Of a stretch of 64,000 nucleotides of DNA, positions 13,106 to 27,231 are shown piece after piece. Source of the DNA: Rhina ancylostomus (taxonomy: Eukaryota). The first letter of the stretch is position 1, and the number at the start of each line of letters is the position of its first letter. The notes below the pieces were generated by a model. That model did no database searches and was not told the origin of the DNA. It was given only the letters and a program-made list of their open reading frames with translations. Location: positions 30,675,979-30,739,978 of the forward strand of contig JARFYF010000029.1 in the NCBI GenBank assembly GCA_030265395.1, in the 5' to 3' direction. Made by a program: the position numbers and the translations under genes.

Positions 13106-15052
13106 ATGCATAGTGCCTGTAGTATTGAGTTAATACAGCCTATTAAAATAAAACCTGGGGAATCTTTCTTCAACCTGTTGCCCATTTTATGCTNNNNNNN
13201 NNNNNNNNNNNNNNNNNNNNNNNNNNNNNNNNAATCATGGCTCACTTGACACCTTGAAGCCATCCAACAGAATTTTGGAAGTGATCTCAAAATGGCAGGC
13301 CAGTGACCTTTATTTTGAAACAGGCAATCTTTGAATTGGGGTAATTCAAGTAATTGGAGGGTCCTGTTGTGATTTTCTTACACTGACAAGGGAGCTTGCC
13401 ACTTGTGTTATTCATGGTGAAATTAATTGGAGAGCAGTCCAATTGTGGCTTATGTCTGGACAGAATTGAATGGAAGACAATGGGTGGGCTGTAAATTGTT
13501 TTGACTTTTAGAGCAGGATCCAGTCCCAATGAGCCCACTACTGGATTTAAAGGATACATGTTTAATGCTGGTGAGAAATCTACTTGGTGAATATAAGGAT
13601 TTACTAATTAGCTGCAAGTCAGTACTCTTAGGCACTATTAACATCCTAAGATGATAAAGAGGTAATTTGAATTGCTAGTTAATTTGACTGGAAATTTAAC
13701 TTGAGCAGGATGGATCTTGGAAAACTGGCTAGAGCATTTGAGCGGTAGTTCAGGTTTATTCTTGTTAGCCTGAATAAAAACTCAGTAGTTTTAGAAAGCA
13801 GATTGACAGAGGGTTGCAAGTCATCCAGCATCTCAAAAGATGAAGGGCAACGTGACTGGGTCAGTCAGTGCTGCAGGTGAAGATGCTAAGGTTTGAATGA
13901 CATCCCTTCCCACTATGGTTATGTTCCCAGATGGCATCTGGTTCTAGTCTACTGATGGGCCTCAACCTGGGTACTCTGGTGTCTCACCATGGTAGCTGCA
14001 TCAGCATTGACTCAGCTTCTCCAGGTTGAGCAGTTGTGGGCATGTCCACCCCGTTGTTTCTGGTGTCAGATCTGGTTATTTTCGAATCCACAGGNNNNNN
14101 NNNNNNNNNNNNNNNNNNNNNNNNNNNNNNNNNNNNNNNNNNNNNNNNNNNNNNNNNNNNNNNNNNNNNNNNNNNNNNNNNNNNNNNNNNNNNNTTAGCT
14201 AATGATAGTCCAATCAGGAAACCTATTAGATTCTTGTGGCCAAACCAACCAATGAAAAAAAACCACATATTCACCTGATGGATGAACCAATAAGCTAGTA
14301 AGCGGCCATTCCTTGTGCAGCCAGTGGAGTTGTATTAAACACTATACATGTTTAAAAAAAACTAATTAAAACAGTTGAATCCAACACTGGGAATGTTGAA
14401 TTTCTTGAGATCTTGCTTGACCTTGTTGGTATATCAGAACTTTGGCATTCTGCTGCGCAGATGGTCCTTGAGCTTATCACAAAGCACAAGCTTTGGCATG
14501 AGCTTCATGTGATCCAGAAAACAAAGCCTGCCTAACGGTCAACCTGGTCTGCAGTTTGTCTAGGGATCTCACTAATGGTGATGAATTGATCCGCAGTGAT
14601 TCCAAAAATTTGAGATAACAATAATTATTTGGAATACAGGATCCCACTCTCACAGAAAGAGTGGGGGGGGGGCAGAGCTGCTGAGGATATAATATTGATA
14701 GACACCTTTATGTTCAGTGTGCCAAGGATAACACTGACTTTCCCATTTTTGCTTTATGTTCTCCAAAGCTGAAAGAGCTGGTATGATTTGAGCTGAGCAA
14801 GCCTCATTATCCAGAGCTTCATTATTGCCATAGATTTGGGGTTGAGCTGACATGCACTGGCAAATTTGTTCATCACAATCAGTAAGCAAGTTAGAGACAA
14901 ATGATATCTAATTGACTATGATTTATGCACTTCTCCCAATTCCCCTTTGAAATGGTATCAATCATATTACTTATAATAGCTAATTAATTAATCACTATTC
15001 AAGGTTAATAATTCAAATATTAATATTTTACCCTCTTATTATTTTATTCAAG

Positions 15053-15169
15053 TGTGTGAGTAGAAATGGTATCACCCGGCCATGTGAAGCAGACTTAATC
15101 AGGCAGCCATTTGCAAAGAGAGAATGTGCTATTCTATACAGTGAAGTTTTTGCTCCTTGTCATAATGTG
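15053..15169 (+). CDS. OTOGL: otogelin-like exon, start of C8 domain
   Basis: ttcaag|CVSRNGITRPCEADLIRQPFAKRECAILYSEVFAPCHNV|gtaagt. Confidence 0.9.
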
Positions 15170-15649
15170 GTAAGTATGAGGGTTTTATTGCTTTTACCCA
15201 CCTCAGTCTTGGCATTTTTGCCTTGACTTCAGCATTACTTTGCGGTTAAGTACTATCTCCCTATATAAAAAAAAAGCAAAAAAGAAATCCCACAGATGCT
15301 GGAAACCTGATAATGTTTAAAGTACCTAATAGGTCAGGCAGCATCTATGATGAAATGTCATCAATCTGAAATGTTAACCCTGTTTCTCTGTCCACAGAAA
15401 GCTGTATGGTTCCAGTATTTACTGTTTTTATCTCCTTTTTCTTTTTTGCAGTTCATACTTTAGATTGCATCGGGGAAGGCCTGAGCCATTTTTGTGGTTT
15501 TGCTCAATGGGGTCCCCAGTCCTGGAAAGGTGGGGGTTTAGGGGGTGGATTTTGGATGGGGGAGGCAGGGAAATCTGGCACCTCCTCCGCTGTGTGTGTC
15601 TTTACGGTAGGTATGTTTGGAAATCTCATCATTTCAGAGGAATACATTG

Positions 15650-15960
15650 GAACACATGAATAGGGCATTTATCCACTCAAACCTTTACCACCATTCAATA
15701 AGATCATGGTTAGTGTGTGACCTAGGTCCACATATTCCTCCTTTCCAAATATCCTTTAATTCTTTAGTTGACAAAAATGTATCAGTTGCTGATTTAAAAT
15801 GAGCAATGGACCTAGCATCAGTTTCTGTTGGAAGAGAGAGCTCCAAGTTTCTATATCCTAAAATGTCTATTCTCCTAGTCCTTGACTCCCCAATTCACTG
15901 AAATAGTTTCCCTCCACCTATTCTATTAGCTTCTCTTCATATCATGAAAACTTCACTAAC
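15650..15960 (-). mobile_element. CR1 LINE 3' fragment
   Basis: ccattcaataagatcatggt motif; degraded. Confidence 0.6.
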
Positions 15961-16779
15961 AACTCTTCCGTCTTTCTTAGGTTGTGAAACCTTTCCTAAT
16001 TTAATCTATGGAGTGTAGGTATCATTCTCATCAATGATGCCAGCACTCAATGCCAGTATGATCTAAGGTTCAATGCTCACACCCACTATTACGAGGCCAA
16101 TGATGCGTTATCTGAGGGGGTTGGTATAAATGTGTAAGGTTTCTATGGATACCACCACATTGCACCTGAATTATCACTTACCTAATTTTGAAATCAGACA
16201 AGCTGGCCTGCAACATTTCCCACCTTTTCCCATTGGTTATTCCTGCTGCTGTACAGGCATCCTAGTTGTCTTGGTCAGGCCAAGATTAATGAAAAGTTTA
16301 GCTGCATAGTGCATTAAAAAAAATAAGAAATCAACTGACTGGTAATCTGCTAATACCCTTGAATGAATGGTTGAAGCTTCACTGTTGCTCTATCTTGAAA
16401 GCCATCTTGCACATGGTTTCCTGTACTCTGTGGACTCTCAGTAACACCACTGGGATGAGCATTTCAAGGCTGTAAGATATTGTAATGTAAACAAAGGGTT
16501 CCCCACTGCTGAATCTCTAATCTCCTTTCTATTTAGAGCATTTTTTTTCATAACTGCTATTTAAATAGGACATTGAAATGATTTGTATTATTTGATTCAG
16601 TAAATAATAGTTATCCAACGTCCCCTAGATGGCAGTCCTGTGCCATACAATGATTTGTGCTCTTAAAAATCTTGTGCATATTTTTTAAATTTTAAAGTAT
16701 TCAGAATTCACTTTGACTTAAGATTGACTTTGTTTTAATAATCTGTGTGAGTAATAAAGGTTTTGGGGTTTTTATCCAG

Positions 16780-16936
16780 GTTGACGTCACCTGGTTTTAC
16801 AAGAATTGTCTCACCGACACGTGTAACTGTAACCGTGGTGGGGACTGTGAATGCTTTTGTACCAGTGTTGCAGCTTATGCACACAAATGCTGTCAAAAAG
16901 GAGTGGCAGTCAATTGGAGGTCACCTAACGTTTGCC
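16780..16936 (+). CDS. OTOGL: otogelin-like exon, C8 domain
   Basis: atccag|[53 protein letters not shown]|gtgagt. Confidence 0.93.
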
Positions 16937-17517
16937 GTGAGTATTATCAGATATACAGTATGTTAGATATGGCACATGCGTAATGGCACACAGAAAAATT
17001 TTTCTTCTTAAGTTTTTAATTCTTGGAAATGGGAGAACAAGTGAAAAATTTCTCTTGATTTGACTTGTAGGATGTGCAAAAATCAAAAGATCAGAAGCTT
17101 GGGATTTCAGCCAACATGACCTATGGGGAGAGTAACTTTAATCAAAAATATATATACCATATTACCTCCAACTTAGCGCATAGAAATTGTTTAGATAGAT
17201 CTGTTTCTACTTACAGCATATTTTCATGAAGTCAGCTGTGTGCTATCTCTAAAGTCACGCACCATAAAACCGAATATAAATCAGTGAACTTGTGGTTAAA
17301 ATTTGTTGCATAGCCTATAGTTTAATCAAAGAAGATTGTATGTAGATTGGAGTAATGATAATATTTATTGGAATTCTTGTGTTAATAAGACATGTTGACC
17401 TTTAACTTGAACATAGACACAAAAGAGACAAAGCAGCTTAAAAGGAAACAAATATTTAATTGCAGCATCAGTGTTTAGAATGATTTTTACTTATTCTATA
17501 TTCTTGACATCTTTCAG

Positions 17518-17544
17518 CTTTTGACTGTGAATATTACAATCAAG
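17518..17544 (+). CDS. OTOGL: otogelin-like 27-nt microexon (PFDCEYYNQ)
   Basis: tttcag|CT TTT GAC TGT GAA TAT TAC AAT CAA G|gtatgt; phase 1-1 joins flanking exons; DCEYYN motif is typical after C8. Confidence 0.88.
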
Positions 17545-18591
17545 GTATGTACATTTTTATGCCTATTTAAATACATTTAGGAATCTTTCAAATTTCAGTG
17601 AAAAGTATGAATTTCTTTTAATGATTTACTGAATTTCCTTTGTCGATTCCACATTGCTTGTTTTCAGCACCCACCTTAAAGCCCAATTCTGCCTGTCTCT
17701 TGGCTCTTCCAATCCTCTCTACTTTTGTTTTTGCTCCTCCTTAGTGCATAAGGCATTTCTCCACAGTGTTACACAGGTTGTGATGTCTTGCTTTACATGA
17801 AAAACACCTCCAAATGTAGAAACACATGGTTATTTCAGCATCTAGTCTGTTACCTGTGTAAAATTCAGAACATACCAGATATCAAAGTGTGGGTTTTCAG
17901 AATTGAATAGCTCGGTGATTCAGTGTTTAAATGTGGAGAGTTTTTAAAGTAAGTTTTAAACTGGTGGAAGGAAAATCAGGCTGGTTCTGTTTTTTTAATT
18001 GTCCACTCCATCCATGCAATGTTTTACAGACAGACATTGAGGAGGGAAAATCACCTCATTGTGTCCTTTTTGAGTAGTAACATTCTGATTTATGCCAGTT
18101 TTGTAAGTGGATACAGTAATTCTCCCTTTTAAGCATTAAACACCATTCTTACTTTATATCAGTGGTATTTTATATGGTGTACTTGTCACAAATACTTGGA
18201 AAACAAATTTTCTTTTCCTTTTCGCTGTTTGATAGCTCTTGCTAATGGTGACCCATTTTCCCAAACCAAGGACCATTACAATGCCTATCAACATGTTTAA
18301 TTCCTCTGCTTTTACTGAACAGGTGACAGATTAGGGTGAGATGAAAGCTGGGGGCACTGAGCATAGGTCTTTTCTGGCCCAAGAGATTTTAGGGCCTTCC
18401 TGCCATGCCTTTATGAATTACTCCATCCAAGAATGGAACAGCTTAAAGAGGGAACATAGAAAGAAGCTAGTCCTGTTACCTTGGGTGGGAGACCAGAGGA
18501 AAATAATATTCTGAATTCATTATTTTCTTGCACTTAGTTTCACCAAAAATATTGTGGTGTAAAATTTCAAGTTATTCTTGAATCATTTCAG

Positions 18592-18759
18592 ATCTTGGAG
18601 AAGGACCATATATGCTTTTCAGCTACTTGTGGAATGATACAGTTATTGCAAGCAACAGGATAAATGAGGACATTATACCCTTGCAAATAAACAATGCTGG
18701 AGAGAACAATTTAATGAATTTCATGATTACACCTGGACTGTACAAGGCAAAACACTCAA
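18592..18759 (+). CDS. OTOGL: otogelin-like exon, AbfB domain N-part
   Basis: tttcag|DLGEGPYMLFSYLWNDTVIASNRINEDIIPLQINNAGENNLMNFMITPGLYKAKHS A|gtgaga. Confidence 0.88.
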
Positions 18760-19599
18760 GTGAGAATTTTTTTAAAATTCAATCTATAAAAGTACAATGG
18801 ATGATCATAGGATTTTGCACACTTCCTGTGAAATATATTGCCTTTGTTTCTGTATAGGTATTCAACAAGGCAGAATAGTCTTTTATTTTAAGTCCCTATG
18901 AATAAAAATGTTTGGGAAGTCCATTTGTGGGTCATTATATTGGATCACTAGGCATCAATGGCCACAATTCATCCATGTTCTTCAGTTTGTTCCAGATGGT
19001 GTTGTCCATTTCCTACCTTTTGTCCTATTAGCAATAGCTGTAATAAATAAAAAAGTAAAATACTGGAAAACCTCTAAGTGAGGCGTTTTTGCTCAGCCAT
19101 TCTCACTTCCATGTTCACAGCCTAACCCCGTTCAGTGTTTCCAGTATTTTCTGTTTTTATTCTCGATGTCCAACATCTGCAGTTCTTTTGATTTTCAGCA
19201 ATACCTTAAGATATGTGGGCTATCAGCCTCAGAGGATTTCCTTCCCATAAGAGTTTGTTCTATTCACAATCAACTGTCAATATTTAAGAATTATAGTTCG
19301 TTAAGTCAAATATAAAAAGTCCATCACTACTGGTTTGGACAACACAGAAAAGGCAAACGTATCTCGGTCTGTTCTGGGCATGTTGTGTCACCTTAAACTA
19401 ATTCTTTCAGATTTGTATCACTATATAAGTGAATCACGCAGACTCCAGTATATCCTCTTAGCAAAGAATTACTCTACAGTTTTTACTTTTAAAGGTGACG
19501 GTTAAAAAGAGAGTTGATAACTTGGCAGTTGCAGTATTATTGATTACAACAATCTTCCATGTAATTAAAGCATTTTTAAATGCACCTCTTTTGTGATGC

Positions 19600-19900
19600 A
19601 GCCTCTTGCCTCATTCTAAGGAGTGGTACTTTTTCAGAAGTACCACCTCTTCAATAGGTGTTGAACCAAGAATGTTCTGAATGTTGAGCAAGATATAAAA
19701 TGTCCCAGTGTGCATGCTGAAAAACAGCAGTGAGTTCTCACAGAGGCCTGTCAATGTTTATCCATCAATTCACACAACCAAAAGCAAATTAACCACTAAC
19801 CATTTCCTCATGTGCAACTTGGCAACTTATAAAACAAAAGTAATTAATTGTATGTCAGGTGCTTTGTGGCATCCACAGTCTCTGAGGTGTGCTGCAGAAT
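19600..19900 (+). mobile_element. degraded DeuSINE-like element
   Basis: Similar to the copy at 31965-32510 (tcagaagt..acct, caatgtttatccatcaa, gctttg..gcatcc tail). Confidence 0.45.
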
Positions 19901-22126
19901 TCTCATTAGCACTTACTAGAATCTGCTGAGTGTTACTTAGCCTCAGTTACATACTTGCACCTCTGTTACATACTTTGCCTAGACCTATGAAGGACATTAT
20001 TTGCTGTGGAATCCAATTTATGTGGTGGTAGGAGAATTTGAAGATTTCAGGAATCATGACATGGAAAATGATTTCCCTATTAAATCCATACAGGTCATGG
20101 AAACTGATATCTTCCACCTTGAGTCCCTTCTAACCTTATCCTTCAAGAGGCCTTGTAAAAGACTGAAAATGGTAGACTGAAAATGATTTAAATTCAATCT
20201 CCTTGCATGATTTCAGAGTCAACTGCTCCTCAGCTCTCGGTAAAGATTTAACTGGTAGTTGTATATCATAAAATAAAGTGCAGCTCATTAATGAAAGCAC
20301 TTGTATGCAGACCTCTGCTTGTCTGGCCAGATGTAATCAGAAGGAAGTAGTATAACTCATTCCCATCAGGCATCCTCTGTCTTTGTGTCTGCATTGCAAG
20401 AGTTCGGAGGAGTGCTCTCCATGAACAAGATTCCTCTATCCCATTCAAAGTAAAGTTGCCAATTTCCTCATAAATTTGCCCTGTGCTTGACAAGAGTAAA
20501 GTAGAGAACACAAATATCACGATTAAAAATCCAAAAAACAATAGTGAGGTTCATTTCTCTAAACTTACAGTGATCCTGAAAATTGGAACTTCGAATGTTC
20601 TCAAATTTTCTGGATTGGAATTGAAATTGTTTAGAATCTGAGAGAAATAATTCAAATGTAATACCCCTTTCACCTACAAAATTTCTCTCCTCCAAGAACT
20701 ACCAACATGTCTTTACTCAGAATTGATGTAATGGCAACTTTGGATCAGAGGTAGTTTCCTTACCTTCTGTCTTGGAAACAATGGGTTTTGCTATTGTTTC
20801 ATGCCCAATGTGAAAGCTTATCCAAAGGATACACCTCGTATATTAGCCTTGTATTGACAGGCTTTTGACTGTTGAACTTGATCCTCATATAAGTTTGTGC
20901 ACTTTGCAGTTGAGTCATTGGATATTGACCAGGTGAAGTTAATTCTTTCTTCATCAACTGAAGAAACCTGAAGCGATGCACCATAGATGCAGACAAAGGG
21001 ATGGAAGATCCTCTTTAGGCGAGAGATACAGCAGCAATGGTTTCTACCTTAAAGAATGAAATCTGGGCATTCTTGTATTGCACAGATATGACAAACCATG
21101 GATTCCAAAGCAGTTTTGTTACATTATTTCTATAATCTCATTATTAACAAATGGGAAAAAGTTCATAAGATTAAGTGGAGCCAAGAACATACTAAAAAAA
21201 GGCCATATATCCACTTGCTTTACTTTTTTAATTTAGTTAAATTTTGTGGCCAACAGGCTTTTAGTTGGCTTATGATGTCAGGAAAATGACAACCTGAGAA
21301 CATGGTATTGAAATAAACTGTTTTCTTTTTCACATTTTTTGCAGGACTTTATTATTGTGTCCCATCTTAAAAAATAATACCCATCATACTGGGGCGTCAA
21401 ATGTAAAAACATTGTATCAACTGTAATATAGATATAATTTTATTTATTTTGTTGATGAGAAACATTTCTGAGGGAAACTGTAAAGGTCAATCTTAAATAG
21501 GCTAGCTTTTACATTGTCAATGAACAGCAAAATGAAGATAAACAGTTTTGTTAAAAAGAATTAAATTTTGAAATTTGAATGGCTCAGCGTTTGACTGGAG
21601 TAAGCATTAATAAAATCAAGTGAGACCGTTGAAATAAAGAAGTTTTGCTTCTCATCATTTCTGGCTTAGAGTCATGAACTTAATTTCTCTAATGTAATGA
21701 TGATCCCAGGACCATTTGTAAATGTTCATTTGGCAGCTGTTGGTAATTTATCTATATCAGATGGTGTACACAGAATGAGAAACAGGAAAGAAGATTGGAT
21801 CGAAGAAAGGTTTTTGAATGCTTTGTTGCATCGCTGAACCAAATTGATAAAACAGTTTTGAAAGGTTTCCTTCTATGTAAGTGATACGTATGTACTTGGT
21901 TATCATACATATTTTGCATTATTGTACTTGCATGGAGCCCCAGGGAAAACAAATACTATTGTCAATTTTTATATTAACATTAAATGTATAATGGTATCTT
22001 AGCTGTAGGATATTTACATTTCTGTCCTGAACATAAACTATTTTTGCACGGTATTTTGAACACCTTTAACCTAATTTTATGGTTGAGAAGCCAAAAATTG
22101 ATTTATATATTGTTGTAATCTTACAG

Positions 22127-22405
22127 CATTGCCTGTTGTTTCCCTTGAGTCTGCTGAAAGACCAAATTACTTCCTACACATTGGTGAAAGTGATAATCTA
22201 CGTTTAAAGCAATGGGAAGACAACCAACATTTCCCAAAAGCTGCTTCATTCATTCATCACCGGAACAACTGGATCTCAGGCTATAGTACCTTTGAATTAT
22301 ACAGCAGGAAGGGATATTTCATCTCACTCACACCATCAGCTGTTAAAGTAGTTCAATATGAGTATTCAGAATCATTTAAACTCTCAAGCAGCTTCAGAAT
22401 TGAAG
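22127..22405 (+). CDS. OTOGL: otogelin-like exon, AbfB (alpha-L-arabinofuranosidase B-like beta-trefoil) domain
   Basis: ttacag|..LPVVSLESAERPNYFLH...GYSTFELYSRKGYFI...SSSFRIE G|gtaagt. Confidence 0.93.
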
Positions 22406-25400
22406 GTAAGTGACCAAAAGCCCATACTGCTTCCTAAAACTAAATGAATGTGCTTGACAGGCTAAGGCTGATGGGAGAACCTTGTCTGTAGAAAATGTTC
22501 CAACGTTTTAAGATTTTTTTTTGGAATAGAGTTACCATACCTTGAGTTAAATGTTTTCAGGGAACACCAGGACACTTAATTGTTTTGTCTCTTTGCCATA
22601 AATAAAATTGCTCTTTGGAGTTTCCTCCATGAATGCCTTGAAAATATGTCTAATATTTGTCCTCCTTGTCAGTATCATAATTCCCAGTAATATTTCACTC
22701 ATTACATTTACATTAAAATATAGGCTACTCAATGCTGGTTTTGTACAATCAAAACAACCTTTTCCTTTTGTTATTTTAATGCTAAGATTGGCTGCTTATG
22801 ATACCATAGCATACATACAATTCTTCGTCTAAGCAAGCTGAATGCAAGAAGTGCTATTGTATTAGTTAAAAACAGGTTTGAACATTCACATTTGCCTACT
22901 TTCTGGCTGATGTAAGAATGGCTATGGATCAGAAGCAGAAAAGCTGGTGGAGGAATGCTGAAGCTGACTGCAGTGACCCCACCATGCTACATGTCTGATA
23001 TCAATTACTTCAACACTAATCTATTCAACCAGGTGTCATATCACACAGTACTTTGAATTACCAGGTCAACTCTTGTATGTTACAAAGCCTCAACTTTAAT
23101 ACATGAATCAACTATTGAAGCTTCTAAAAGATAATATACTGGTATATTAAATCAATGTTTGTCATATCACATCCTACTGTTAATTTTGGTGCATGCAGCT
23201 AATAATTGCATTCAGTGCACTGAACAATAATGTAATGAAGCAATCACATCAAATGTATCTTTAGTAGTTTCTCGTTTTACAAATAAAAAGCATGAATTGC
23301 ATCTGGAAAACCACTTATTAAAAAGAAAATCATATATCTGTGGTGCTTTGTGAAGTGGAAATACAAATCCATACAACCTGGAGTGAATCACAAACATATA
23401 TTGTACTAACGTTCCTTTTTAATGCAATTCACCTAAATTTTTCCTTGAAAGTATAATGTATAGATTACTTCATTCCAAATCTGCATGTGGGTTGGAGCTT
23501 AGTATTGCTAAGGTTGAAATGTTAGCAACTTAATTATTTTGACCTGCACTTTCAGAGCAACCAGCAAAACTCCTATCTTAAATTTTTTAAATTATATTTT
23601 GGCTTGTATCAATGCCCAAATGATCTTCAGTTTAATTTCCTTATATAAATATTATTTTGCTTGTTTGTAAGTAGCCATGTTACATGGAAACCAATCTTCA
23701 CAAAATTGAAATGTGAGGTGAGAAACAGAAATATATATGATCCAGTCTTTGTTAGGCTTTAACTTCTGGCTAAGGTTAGAATTCCAGATCATGATATCTC
23801 CCTTGGTGTTGGATGCCTTAGACATACCTAACATTCTGGTCAATGAAAATGGCTTCTGATGGGTGAATAGAAATAATATATCTATCTTAATTGTCATTTA
23901 TCACAAGAAACACAAAATAATACACAAGACATTTCAGTTAATATGTATTTTGAGTGTTCTTGTCAGTTGTGATCTCTTCAAATTATTTTTACATACCATC
24001 TCTGTGGGAAACAAGTGGGTGCAGACATTGTTACCCATGTTCTTCTTTTCCAATCTTTTATAAATAACATTTAGTTCCACTTGCTGCATAATAGAGGTGA
24101 TAAAATAACTGCTGGATTCACATATGGCAAATAGATATTGCCACATAAAATACAAGACTGGGCCCCTTTGCTTTCTTACTGTGGAGCTTTCATTAGACTA
24201 TGTATTTTCTATGGTACAAAAGCAACTAAATAATCCTGACGCACTGGAATGTAAAAGGAGATGCCTTGCAAGTCAGGGATATTGTGCTGAAACTAAAACT
24301 ACTCAAAGAGAGCCAACCAAAAGCTATCAGAACAATGCTCTCTTCAAGGCTGTTTTGCAGCATACATTTAGCCCTTGATTTTTACCCATGACCCTCTGCA
24401 TATAAAGAGTCAGTTAATACTCTAAAGGGGAAAAGGTTGTGCTGTTCACGGAAGTAGCCTGTAACCATATCTTCTAACTGGCACAGCTGTCTACATAGTA
24501 GGATAAGGAAAATATTTCAGTGTCTGTTTCTGAAAGTTCATATTTTTATAGTAATAAAATTGCTGAGCAATCATACTTTGTGGATCTTTTGTGCAATGGT
24601 TTTTACTTTGGCTGTACAATGTTATGTTTCCTATTTAATTGGGAAGTACACTTATCAAATGCATTATCCAAACAGAATTGTAACTATTCAGTAAGTTGGT
24701 GTTGTACAATTTCATCAGGCTTCAATATTTAAACTTTTATAAAGCATTTTTAAAGGGAAAATATTTCTTGAATGTGATCTTATATGGTTTTGGCTGCATT
24801 GTTATCCTAAAATGTATTGTTTAGAAACTCTAGCTTTTAGTTAATACAAATCATTTGCTAGTTTTATAGATTCCATGTGAATTCTTGTGTTGTAACAACA
24901 ATATGGTGATAGGAAACCTAATGGCAGGTTCCATGTTATCATGTTACCTCTGCTCTTGCCCTTTCACTTGTCTTTGTATTAATGTCAAAAAAAATGTTCC
25001 TGAGGTAATTTGCAGACAGTTTCAAGTCCAGAACATGAACAACACATGAACATGAGCACATTTAGATACTTCAATCTTCTTTCATTTGTGCCTCACTAAT
25101 CTTTTTAGAAACACAGCGACATTCTGACACATTATCAAAAATTGTAAGTGGAAATTTTCCTTTTTGTCATTCTTATCACCTCTGAATCTTATAGATGTCA
25201 CCACATGGACCATTGTATAGTGGTGATATTACAAATGAGAGGGCTAAGGTACTGGTAAGAGCAGGAATATGAGCTGGGCATAGAGCAACTCTGTTGAGGA
25301 CAGTGGAGAAATCTACAGCCTCTGTTGACCATTACTTTCAAGTCAAACAAGAAAAATTAGAGAATAAGGTTATAGTCACACCACAAAGGATAAATAAGAA

Positions 25401-25925
25401 CAGAGATACAAATACAAAATTTTAAAAATATACATTTATACAGAAATACAATTATTTTTTTCTATTCCTAATCATGTATATGAAAATTAAAAATGAAAGA
25501 ATGTAATGAAAATAAGATTAAAGCGAAGGATTTTATATAAGTGTTTAAGAGCACAGCGATGCTCAGAGTGGCAAAATAACTTGGGTGTCACCTTCCAAAA
25601 TGATATTGAGTGCTCTGTAGTCAAGTGTTAAGTTGGGAAAAGGATGACTTCCTGCAATACAACTCCAGCATGGTGGAGAGCTGTNNNNNGAAAGTGTTTT
25701 AAAAATTCAGTGAATTATCTGGGCAACATTAACATATTACTGAGTAGTTTTGATAGTTGGGACATGCTACTGTCCAAGCACATGTGGCTTTGGAAATAAG
25801 TATTAGCAACAGCAGAGTCTAAACCCACATGCCTGCCAAAGTAGAGAAAGTTTGCAAAAATATGCCAAATGCTCTTTGAATCCACTCTCTGCCAACTGTA
25901 AATTGAAAATGGGTTCAGATTGTAA

Positions 25926-26120
25926 GTGAAAACCCAGAGCTACATCAGCAGGTTAGAGGCTGTGTGTCCTGCAGTGAGTGACTCTTACCTCCTGACACCC
26001 CAAAGCTTTCCTTCCATTTACAAGGCACACAGCAGGAGTGTGATGGAATACTTTCCTCTTGCCTGTAAGAGTGCAGCTCCAACAACTCTGAAGAAGGTTG
26101 AGAACATCAAGCCTATTTAA
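25926..26120 (+). mobile_element. LINE ORF2 C-terminal remnant (L2/CR1 group)
   Basis: IYKAHSRSVMEYFPLACKSAAPTTLKKVENI resembles the post-RT motif YKAxxRSxMEYxxxAW. Confidence 0.65.
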
Positions 26121-27113
26121 ACTCTCCACCTTCCACCACCACCCACCCCCCCCTGCTTTTTAAGGTCTCAATTCATTATTTTCTTACTTTGATTCTGGAT
26201 TTTGAGTGCAGATTCAGTCAGTTCACACATGTTCCATGTTTGTACATATTTTAAAAATATGCATTAAACTTCCTGGTCCATTCCCAGAGTATCTACAGGA
26301 ATCTTTAGGAAGTTATGCTGGGATAAGTCAACTGCATGCCTTGGCTTTAATTTGCCTTAATTAAACTCTCTCTGTTGGCTGAAATTATCCAGCTTACTTC
26401 CATTGTTAAAATATTGTGGATCAGAACAGGTTGTCAAAATGATATAAATTTGATGGAAATTAGAATGGGGACATTTGGGACATCTGCTAGGGGAGGAGCT
26501 CAAGATGTTCTGCAGATTTGGGGGTAGAAGCTAGTATTCTGGCTATAAAATTAAAAATCTGTAATAATTAGCTCTCTTTATAACATGTCTTTTTCCTTGA
26601 ATCCTCTAAAGTGTTTGAGGCTTCATCTAGGGACAGATCACCTTTGTGGACTCCACTTTTGCCCTGCCATTGATGTGGACATTTGTATCTATCTGGACTT
26701 TAGGTTGGTGGTTGCATCAGGACTAAGTTATGAGAAATGTAATGAATGAGGCAATTGTACTGGCTCCTTTCCATTTAAGCCAGGCCAGCTTTCCCTGCAA
26801 ATACTGTTTGATGCTCTTCCAGCACAGAATTGTTAATACTGTGTACTGAGCAATTTTTTATCACTCCATCTATTACTTTGTTAGCCTTAGGCAGATTCCT
26901 GCTTTGGTTCCTGGGGAATTCTTAGTGATTCTTTCTAATGATGGCTTTGCAAAGTGGCAGCTAGCAAAACAACAAGGGGGGGAAAGGACATTTTTCTCCC
27001 AGAGCACAACAATTGATTTACTTTGTATAGGAATTAGTGGGTTATTTTGCTGTTTCTTGTGGGTTTTAAACATCAGAAAGCTGCCTCTATTAATACAAAG
27101 GATTTTCTTTCAG

Positions 27114-27231
27114 AAAGCAGCAAGGTTATACCATACAGAACAATGTGTGAATTTCGATATGAAGCCTGCATCAGTCCTTGCATCAAGACATGTAGTGACC
27201 CTCATGCAATAGCCTGCAAGTTTTTATCACC
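27114..27231 (+). CDS. OTOGL: otogelin-like exon, TIL domain
   Basis: tttcag|..SSKVIPYRTMCEFRYEACISPCIKTCSDPHAIACKFLS CC|gtaagt. Confidence 0.92.

Noticed and set aside
18592-22405. AbfB (microbial arabinofuranosidase-binding-like) domain as a horizontal transfer
   Set aside because: It is a known, intron-split part of vertebrate OTOG/OTOGL.
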